Shown here piece after piece: positions 57,189 to 64,000 of a stretch of DNA of 64,000 bases. The notes under the pieces were generated by a model. The model worked only from the letters and a program-made list of their open reading frames with translations. It did not search any database and was not told the origin of the DNA. The position numbers were made by a program, and so were the translations under genes. This DNA comes from Oligoflexia bacterium. GTDB lineage: Bacteria; Bdellovibrionota; UBA1018; CAIPTA01; JAALKR01. Numbering within the stretch: the first letter of the stretch is position 1; the number at the start of each line of letters is the position of its first letter. The stretch spans positions 4,356 to 68,355 of the forward strand of contig JAALKR010000008.1 of assembly GCA_011087955.1 (NCBI GenBank). Direction: 5' to 3'.

Positions 57189-59819
57189 ATGCTGTCCATA
57201 GTAAAGAAAATTTTTGGTACGCAGAATGACCGTGAGCTGACACGTATGCAGCCCATGGTCCAGCGAATTAATGACCTCGAAAAAGACATTAAACCCCTGA
57301 GTGATTCCGCTCTCCAAGCAAAGACTAGCGAATTTCGTGAGCGCATTGAGCGCGGCCAGAGTTTAGACGAAATTTTACCCGAAGCGTTTGCTGTTTGTCG
57401 TGAGGCCGCCTGGCGACGTTTAGGGCAACGCCATTACGACGTGCAGTTGGTCGGTGGCATGACCTTGCATGAGGGCAAGATCTCGGAAATGCGCACCGGT
57501 GAAGGGAAAACATTGGTGGCAACTTTGCCGACGTACTTAAATGCTTTAGCGGGCAAAGGCGTTCATGTTGTAACCGTCAATGATTACCTAGCTGCACGGG
57601 ATGCGGAGTGGATGGCTACCATCTATCGTTGGATGGGTCTTAGTGTCGGCACAATCTTGCATGGAAAAGATGATCGTCAACGGCAAGATGCCTATAATTC
57701 CGATGTCACTTACGGTACAAATAACGAATTTGGCTTCGATTACCTTAGAGACAATATGAAGTTCCGTATCGAGGATTACACTCAACGTGAACTCCATTAC
57801 TGTATTGTGGATGAGGTCGACTCGATTTTGATCGATGAAGCTCGGACTCCGTTGATTATTTCTGGTCCGACGGATGATTCTTCCGATAAATATACTTCGA
57901 TCAATAAGGTTATTCCGAGCTTAAGTGCAGAAACACATTTCACAGTTGAAGAAAAAACGAAATCTGCCACCTTAACAGACGAAGGCATTGCCAGAGTTGA
58001 AGAGCTTTTAAACGTGGGCAATCTATACGACCCCACGAATATTGATACGCTTCACCACATTCAGCAAGCGGTAAAGGCCCATGCCATTATGAAACGAGAT
58101 GTGGACTATCTTGTCCAAGATGGCAAGATTGTTATCGTTGATGAGTTTACTGGCCGAGCGATGGAGGGGCGACGCTGGTCCGACGGTTTGCACCAAGCAA
58201 TTGAAGCAAAAGAAAGCGTTCATATTGAAAATGAAAACCAAACACTTGCCTCCATCACATACCAAAACTATTTCCGAATGTATAACAAGCTTGCGGGTAT
58301 GACCGGTACAGCGGATACTGAGGCGACGGAATTTAAAAACATTTATAAACTAGATGTAATGGTTATCCCTACGCATCGACCAGTCCAGCGTATGGACCAA
58401 AATGATTTGATCTATAGTGATGTTCCATCAAAATATAAAGCAATCATTGAGCAGATTCACAAATGTTACGAACGACAGCAGCCAGTCCTAGTCGGTACAA
58501 GCTCTATTGAGAGCTCAGAGTTGCTCAGCCGTGAGCTGAAAAGTGCCCAGATTAAGCACAATGTTTTGAATGCAAAACAGCACGCTCGAGAAGCAATGAT
58601 TGTTTCCCAAGCTGGTCGAAAGAGTGCAATCACCATCGCTACCAATATGGCTGGTCGTGGTACGGATATTAAGCTCGGCGGCGATCCAGGAGCGCTGGCG
58701 CGAGATGAATTCGAAGAGGGAACGCCGGAATATGACGATGCTCTGAAGCGGGTTACCACTCAATGTGAGGAAGAGAAAGAAGAAGTATTAAAATCAGGTG
58801 GACTCTTCATTCTTGGTACGGAACGGCATGAATCTCGTCGTATTGATAATCAGCTCCGTGGTCGATCCGGTCGCCAAGGTGATCCAGGTGAATCAAGATT
58901 CTTCCTATCCTTGGACGATGAACTATTCCGCAACTTTGGTGGTGAACGAATTAAATCTTTGATGGGCAACAACCTTGATGACGAACCAATTGAACACCCT
59001 TGGCTATCCCGTGCCATCGAGAATGCCCAAAAGAAGGTGGAAGGCCGTAACTACGATATCCGGAAGCATGTGCTCCAATACGATGATGTAATGAACATGC
59101 AGCGGAAGGTTATCTATAGCCTTCGTAGAAAAATTCTTGCAGATAAAGAAGTTCGTCCAATTCTAGAAAGCTATATTGAAGATATTACGAGTGGACTCGC
59201 TGAAGACTATGCTCAGCCACGCGCTCCAATTTCAGACTGGGACCTTCACGGACTCCACCAGACTATTCTGAGTATTTTTTTAAAGCCTGTGGATGTTAGG
59301 CCAGAAGAAATTACAGAAATTTCAGTCGACGGTTTGCAGAAGTTACTGCATACGAAATTTATGGGTCACTACAACGATAAAATTGCTGAACTTGGCGAGT
59401 TTATGGATGAAGTTGAGCTGATGTTTACACTCTCTACTATTGACCATCGCTGGAAAGAGCACCTACTCCAAATGGATCACTTGCGCGAAGGTATTGGCTT
59501 ACGAGGATATGCGCAAAAGGATCCATTGCTCGAGTATAAGAAAGAGTCCTTTTATCTCTTTCAATCGATGCAGGTGGAAATCAAACAAGAAACAATCGCA
59601 AAAATTTTTAACGTACAACTACGAGACGAAGAAGCAGAAGCGGAAATTGAGCGCTACGAGCGGGAAAAACAAAAAGATGTTGATATGGCAATGCATATGG
59701 GGTCACCAGATGGGGGCGTACATGCAGAGCCTGTACGTAATGATGGTCCAAAAGTAGGAAGAAACGATCCTTGCCCATGCGGAAGTGGCAAGAAGTATAA
59801 AAAATGTCATGGTAGATAA
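57189..59819 (+). CDS. secA: Preprotein translocase ATPase SecA
   Basis: It has [14 protein letters not shown] (Walker A), [20 protein letters not shown] (DEAD) and a C-terminal zinc finger ([14 protein letters not shown]). Confidence 0.97.
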   Translation: MLSIVKKIFGTQNDRELTRMQPMVQRINDLEKDIKPLSDSALQAKTSEFRERIERGQSLDEILPEAFAVCREAAWRRLGQRHYDVQLVGGMTLHEGKISEMRTGEGKTLVATLPTYLNALAGKGVHVVTVNDYLAARDAEWMATIYRWMGLSVGTILHGKDDRQRQDAYNSDVTYGTNNEFGFDYLRDNMKFRIEDYTQRELHYCIVDEVDSILIDEARTPLIISGPTDDSSDKYTSINKVIPSLSAETHFTVEEKTKSATLTDEGIARVEELLNVGNLYDPTNIDTLHHIQQAVKAHAIMKRDVDYLVQDGKIVIVDEFTGRAMEGRRWSDGLHQAIEAKESVHIENENQTLASITYQNYFRMYNKLAGMTGTADTEATEFKNIYKLDVMVIPTHRPVQRMDQNDLIYSDVPSKYKAIIEQIHKCYERQQPVLVGTSSIESSELLSRELKSAQIKHNVLNAKQHAREAMIVSQAGRKSAITIATNMAGRGTDIKLGGDPGALARDEFEEGTPEYDDALKRVTTQCEEEKEEVLKSGGLFILGTERHESRRIDNQLRGRSGRQGDPGESRFFLSLDDELFRNFGGERIKSLMGNNLDDEPIEHPWLSRAIENAQKKVEGRNYDIRKHVLQYDDVMNMQRKVIYSLRRKILADKEVRPILESYIEDITSGLAEDYAQPRAPISDWDLHGLHQTILSIFLKPVDVRPEEITEISVDGLQKLLHTKFMGHYNDKIAELGEFMDEVELMFTLSTIDHRWKEHLLQMDHLREGIGLRGYAQKDPLLEYKKESFYLFQSMQVEIKQETIAKIFNVQLRDEEAEAEIERYEREKQKDVDMAMHMGSPDGGVHAEPVRNDGPKVGRNDPCPCGSGKKYKKCHGR

Positions 59820-61002
59820 CTCTGGTAACGATGATGACCTAGAAACTCTTGGCGATCTTTTTATCGATCCAATTACTGGCGAAGCTCAGACCCCTAGCGA
59901 GCAGGTGCTAGAAGAGGAAGAAGAAAACAACCCAGCCACAGCCGATGCCTCAAGCCTCTCCCCTCTTCCACCACCCTCTATCCCGGATACGGATACAAAA
60001 ATAACACAAACACTTCTGGACGCCTCCGTAAACGCTTACGCAGAGAACCTGCCTACGACAATCTTACATGACGCATTAGAATCAAAAACCACTCTCCAGC
60101 CCTTTTCTACGACCGAAGAATTAGACTCCGCGAAAAAAGTTATGGCGGAAGAAGCTGCTGCCGTCGATGGAATATTGGAGACAGCAGTTTTGGCTTCGGA
60201 CACAATGCTAGAAGACGAGAGAAGGGAGAAAAATACTAGCACCACTGAGGACCCACAAGCATCTTTTTTTCAGATCTCAATTCGTAACGTCAGTAGCGAC
60301 AGCATAAAGTTACGCATACTTCGTGTGGCAGAACGTGAAAGCCTAGCCTCCGATTTAAAGATTCTTAAGAAGAGACTCGATGATTTAGGCGGGTACAGAT
60401 TTTCTCATTTACGCGAATACCAAGCGACAGTGTTGATGCAGGAATTACAGCAATTTAATGTGGAGTGCCGCTTAGATTTACCTGTATTTGGTGGACCATC
60501 AGATTTTCCAGAACACCCAACTGCATCGTTTTTTCACCAAAAAGAAAATGAAGTGGAAAGTACCGGTGCCCAGGCAGTTGAACTTCCAAAAAACTCAAAA
60601 GAAGTCTTACTTTCTACGTTAGATCAAATTTCTGGCCATGAAGTTCTTGAGGAGAAAGGAATTCTTTCTGCACATTCTTCAGTTGCCCGCACTTTCTTTC
60701 GTAGTGATGAGCAGGAAATTCGGCTTTCTCAGAAAATTGACCACTTACAACCTAACTCAGAGCAAGGAAAGGAGCCCCACCTACCTAGGGCCGAAATGGA
60801 TAATGTCTTTGAAAAGCTCTTAAAACGTATCCAAAGAGAGGCGATGCGCCGGGGAGCGAACGCAGTTATCGGCATTCAAATTAGCGGGTTCCCGGAAGCG
60901 AGCGCCATTGATCCAGAGGCCGATCAAATTCATCTGATTGCAAGTGGGACCGCTGTAATTCTTCGTAGTCAAATTGAGCAGGATTCCTACAATACACTCT
61001 AA
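59809..61002 (+). CDS. Hypothetical protein with an acidic disordered N-terminus and a C-terminal YbjQ-like (UPF0145) domain
   Basis: The ATG at 59809 overlaps the secA end by 11 nt. The C-terminus [17 protein letters not shown]...[11 protein letters not shown] resembles YbjQ-family domains. Confidence 0.6.
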   Translation: MVDNSGNDDDLETLGDLFIDPITGEAQTPSEQVLEEEEENNPATADASSLSPLPPPSIPDTDTKITQTLLDASVNAYAENLPTTILHDALESKTTLQPFSTTEELDSAKKVMAEEAAAVDGILETAVLASDTMLEDERREKNTSTTEDPQASFFQISIRNVSSDSIKLRILRVAERESLASDLKILKKRLDDLGGYRFSHLREYQATVLMQELQQFNVECRLDLPVFGGPSDFPEHPTASFFHQKENEVESTGAQAVELPKNSKEVLLSTLDQISGHEVLEEKGILSAHSSVARTFFRSDEQEIRLSQKIDHLQPNSEQGKEPHLPRAEMDNVFEKLLKRIQREAMRRGANAVIGIQISGFPEASAIDPEADQIHLIASGTAVILRSQIEQDSYNTL

Positions 61003-61080
61003 GAAAATCTTGTGTGCCTGGCTCGCCATCTCCTAGAATTTCCGGTAGAATTTCTACTAGTTTCGTGATTAAAAGCAGTT

Positions 61081-63480
61081 ATGATGGATAAGGAAAAGAC
61101 AGAGGGTGCTGGTGTTGGACGAGTGAAACGTAGTCCGTTCGAAGTGCAATTCTCACGCCGAAATCCTAGCTTACCAATCGAGGCTGTAAATAAGGCACTA
61201 GCTTATGCGGCAGAAGGCATGCCCGTTCCAACTATTTTCAAAGAAAAAGCTTCCGACGTTGCGGGCTTAAAAGAAAGTAATGTGTACCTGGCTATTGACG
61301 AGAAAGAAATCGCCGATCAAGTCGAGCGCCAAAAGGAGCATTTAATCCGTGAGATCGAAGCTCAGGGTAAGTTAAGTCCAGAATTGAAGGCTAAGATCAA
61401 CAGCTCCCATAACTTGAATATCCTTGATGACATTTATCTACCATTTAAATTAAAAGGCCGAACTATTGCAACAGCTGCGAAGGAAGTCGGCCTAGCGCCG
61501 CTGGCTGATTGGGTTTGGGAGCAAGGAAAGTCTGAAACCCTAGATTCAACGAAGTTTGAAGATAAAGCGAAAGATTTTGTAAAGGAAGACACTAGTTATA
61601 CTGATATCGACTCAGTAAAGACTGGAGTACAAAATATTATTGCCGAAAAAATTGCAGAGACTGCAGAGCTTCGTGCGATTGTACGGCAGTCAATCATGCG
61701 AAAGAGTAAGCTAAAATGCACCAAGGGGCCGAAGGCTAAAGATAGATCAAAGTACCAACGATTCTTTAACTATAAAGAACCCATTGGCTCCCTGAAAAAA
61801 ATGAGCGGAGCTCAGCGATATCTTACAATTCGTAAGGGTGCTGCAGCCAACGAGCTGGTTCTTGCTTTTGATCGCGCCGACGAAGGAATCATTGCAGATA
61901 AATTTGAGAAATTTGCCTGTCCAAATGAGTTGAGTCCGCTAAAAGAAATCCTTACCAAGTCAGCTCGACTTGCTCTGAACAGTCAAGTTTATACGGCAAT
62001 CGAACACGAAGCGCATAAAATGCTTAAGGACTTTTCAGAACGCTCCATTCTCGATTATCTGACTAAGGGGCTGCGCAAGCGCCTGATGACTGCTCCTTTC
62101 GGCGCTAAGACTGTTATTGGAATTGATCCCGGTTTGGAAAAAAAAACCTCTTCAGTAGCTTTAGTTTCCGACACCGGAGAAATGCTTGCTCACTCTAATT
62201 TTCCGATTAATAACGAGTCCGATTGGGAGAAATTCCGAATAGAGTTTGTCACTAGTCTGGAAAAGGTCAATGTAGAAGCCATTGCGATAGTCCATGGACC
62301 TAAAGGCAAAGTAGTTCGCCGTGAAATTGAAAAGCTTCTTAATGAAAAGAATTTAAACTCTCCAGTTGTTATGGTTTATGAGCAAGCAACAACAATCTAT
62401 TCAACAAGCTCCGTAGCGAAGGAAGAGTTGCCAGAGCTAGACCCTTCCGTTCGTCGAGCAATTTTTGTGGGCCGTCTCCTTCAAGACCCGTTGCGCGAAA
62501 TGATTAAGGTGGACCCAAAGTTCTTAGCCACGGGTGCTTTCCAGTATGACATCAATGCGAACCGCCTTGGTAAGGAGCTACATCGAACAATTCAGTCCGC
62601 CGTTTGCGCAGTTGGGGTAAATGCAAATTCAGCTTCACGTTCTCTCCTGTCCTATCTGCCTGGTTTTGATCATGCGATTGCAAAGGCAGTTATAAAATTC
62701 AGAGAAAACAAAGGCAAGTTTGAGAAACTTGAAGACATGCTAGCTGTGCCAGAATTTAATATTTCTAGATTGAATTTGGCTAAACCGTTTTTAACATTTG
62801 AGGATGCGGAGTCGGCGCCCCGAGGTGAATTCAAGCCCCTCGAATATCAAAATGAATTCTCTCATTTCGATGCCATCGAGGTGAATAAGGAAGTAAGTGG
62901 CGTTATTACCAATATTACTAATTTTGGTATGTTCATTGACATTGGCCTAGACCAAGATGGACTAGTTCATATTTCGGAATTTACAGACTCTGCTGAACTA
63001 TATTGCTCGCTTGCTATCGGTGACCAAGTTAAAGTTTGGACCTCTGCTGTAGAAAAGAAGAAAGAGCAATTATCCCTATCTTTCCGCAGCCCAGAAGAAC
63101 GCAAGAAACGCGCTCGACCACGCCGTCCTTCTGGAAGGATGGAGGGGCCTAGAAAACCTCGTGGTCCCAGACGTGCTCCAGGTGAGAGTGCTCCAGAGGG
63201 TGGGCAACAAGAGTTTCGTGGACGTCCCAACAATGAAGCAAATGCAAATAGTGGCAAACCCCGCAAGGGGGGGAAGGATAAGAATGCGCCAGCTAAAAAA
63301 CAGCTGCCGCAACGAGATCCGAAGACTGGCGCTGTAATGAAAATGAATGATTCCGTTTACGTGTCAGAGAGACGCAACAAAAGTCAACGATCGAAATTTA
63401 AGACGAAGACTGACGTAACAACCTTCAACCCATTTGCTAATCTAGATAAGCTAGTTAGCAACAGTTCTGAAAAAAAGTAA
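61081..63480 (+). CDS. tex: Tex-like transcription accessory protein (YqgF/HHH/S1) with a long basic C-terminal tail
   Basis: It has a Tex N-terminal helical region, a YqgF-like segment (VIGIDPG) and an S1 domain (VSGVITNITNFGMFIDIGLDQDGLVHISE). About 130 Arg/Lys/Pro-rich residues follow the S1 domain. Confidence 0.9.
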   Translation: MMDKEKTEGAGVGRVKRSPFEVQFSRRNPSLPIEAVNKALAYAAEGMPVPTIFKEKASDVAGLKESNVYLAIDEKEIADQVERQKEHLIREIEAQGKLSPELKAKINSSHNLNILDDIYLPFKLKGRTIATAAKEVGLAPLADWVWEQGKSETLDSTKFEDKAKDFVKEDTSYTDIDSVKTGVQNIIAEKIAETAELRAIVRQSIMRKSKLKCTKGPKAKDRSKYQRFFNYKEPIGSLKKMSGAQRYLTIRKGAAANELVLAFDRADEGIIADKFEKFACPNELSPLKEILTKSARLALNSQVYTAIEHEAHKMLKDFSERSILDYLTKGLRKRLMTAPFGAKTVIGIDPGLEKKTSSVALVSDTGEMLAHSNFPINNESDWEKFRIEFVTSLEKVNVEAIAIVHGPKGKVVRREIEKLLNEKNLNSPVVMVYEQATTIYSTSSVAKEELPELDPSVRRAIFVGRLLQDPLREMIKVDPKFLATGAFQYDINANRLGKELHRTIQSAVCAVGVNANSASRSLLSYLPGFDHAIAKAVIKFRENKGKFEKLEDMLAVPEFNISRLNLAKPFLTFEDAESAPRGEFKPLEYQNEFSHFDAIEVNKEVSGVITNITNFGMFIDIGLDQDGLVHISEFTDSAELYCSLAIGDQVKVWTSAVEKKKEQLSLSFRSPEERKKRARPRRPSGRMEGPRKPRGPRRAPGESAPEGGQQEFRGRPNNEANANSGKPRKGGKDKNAPAKKQLPQRDPKTGAVMKMNDSVYVSERRNKSQRSKFKTKTDVTTFNPFANLDKLVSNSSEKK

Positions 63481-63482
63481 AT

Positions 63483-63887
63483 ATGTCGACCCTGTTCTCT
63501 AAAGTTATTGAAGGCAAAATCTCTTCCTTTAAGATCTACGAAGATGAACATACATTTGCATTTCTAGACATTCGTCCGGTCAATCCTGGCCACACATTAA
63601 TTATTCCAAAAATCGAAGTGGACTATTTCGTGGACGTTCCAGACCCCTATTATTCAGCCGTTTTTCAAACAGCTAAAAAAATTTCTCCAGCTATCGAGGC
63701 TGCCAGCGGGTGTTCTCGTATCGGCACTGCAATTGTGGGTTTTGAAGTACCTCATTTCCATTATCATTTGATTCCGCTTGTGGAGATCTCCGACCTCGAT
63801 TTTTCACGCGCAAAAGAAGTTAGCAAAGAGTCACTCCAAAAAATGCATGAAAAAATTATGGCTAAGTTCGACAGTTTCCCCTTGTAA
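63483..63887 (+). CDS. HIT-family nucleotide hydrolase
   Basis: It has FLDIRPVNPGHTLIIPK and the histidine triad VPHFHYHLIP. Confidence 0.9.
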   Translation: MSTLFSKVIEGKISSFKIYEDEHTFAFLDIRPVNPGHTLIIPKIEVDYFVDVPDPYYSAVFQTAKKISPAIEAASGCSRIGTAIVGFEVPHFHYHLIPLVEISDLDFSRAKEVSKESLQKMHEKIMAKFDSFPL

Positions 63888-63902
63888 TGACACTTTCTCA
63901 AG

Positions 63903-64000
63903 TTAGGGATAGCGTACAATATGAACGGCTGAATCCTTCAGACTAGTATGGCGTTTATCATAGCGCTCAATCATCAGTGGTGAAGACCAACCAGCCATTT
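63903..64000 (-). CDS. Tyrosine recombinase/integrase, C-terminal 32 codons only (gene enters from the right edge)
   Basis: The minus-strand frame reads ..AGWSSPLMIERYDKRHTSLKDSAVHIVRYP*. The G-W/H-S-S-x-x-M-x-x-R-Y pattern matches the catalytic-Tyr box of tyrosine recombinases. It is not in the ORF track because the start lies outside the window. Confidence 0.45.
   Translation of the reverse strand, partial: MAGWSSPLMIERYDKRHTSLKDSAVHIVRYP

Noticed and set aside
1-64000. Search for CRISPR arrays, tRNA or rRNA genes, transposases and prophage modules
   Set aside because: No spacer-repeat periodicity, cloverleaf-like sequence or rRNA-like stretch was seen in any intergenic region (all under about 420 nt). 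No transposase-like ORF was found. Small ncRNAs cannot be excluded by eye.

Overview
The window is a gene-dense chromosomal segment with about 55 CDS and intergenic spacers all under about 420 nt. I found no rRNA, tRNA, CRISPR array, transposase or prophage block. The gene content suggests a Gram-negative, deltaproteobacteria-like or Bdellovibrionota-like organism, but that lineage call is inference only.

Main blocks, left to right:
- An Flp pilin with TadE-like pseudopilin ORFs.
- A SPOR protein, then a cupin gene and a mannose-1-P guanylyltransferase gene.
- A secreted S8 protease.
- infC-rpmI-rplT-pheS-pheT-ihfA-merR.
- A complete 12-gene type II secretion operon, gspCDEFGHIJKLMN, on the minus strand (12.3-25.9 kb).
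- A stand-alone 1757-aa gene (26.3-31.6 kb) combining a DUF4011-like region, a split SF1 helicase and a PD-(D/E)xK nuclease.
- A run of unrecognisable secreted, lipoprotein and zinc-finger proteins (31.7-35.6 kb).
- lnt, a second S8 protease, an HExxH protein and a DUF192 protein.
- An AT-rich orphan locus.
- An LMW tyrosine phosphatase, a His-rich secreted protein and an OM beta-barrel.
- yfgM-like and bamB, then aat, dedA and metG.
- prkA-(small ORF)-yeaH-spoVR, divergent from a PP2C phosphatase.
- An M23 peptidase, secA, a YbjQ-domain protein, tex and a HIT protein.
- The last 32 codons of a tyrosine recombinase at the right edge.

The best candidate for an accessory or defence-type system is the monocistronic helicase-nuclease gene. 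It resembles the Hhe single-gene architecture as I recall it. It has about 870 residues of uncharacterised helical sequence inserted into the helicase core.

Secondary observations:
- A recurring GC-rich 12-18 nt motif that forms an inverted-pair hairpin between convergent genes.
- An extra exported ORF inside the prkA operon.
- Non-canonical start problems at infC and at a TadE-like gene.
- Several regulatory-looking repeats.

All domain calls come from motifs read by eye. No searches were run.
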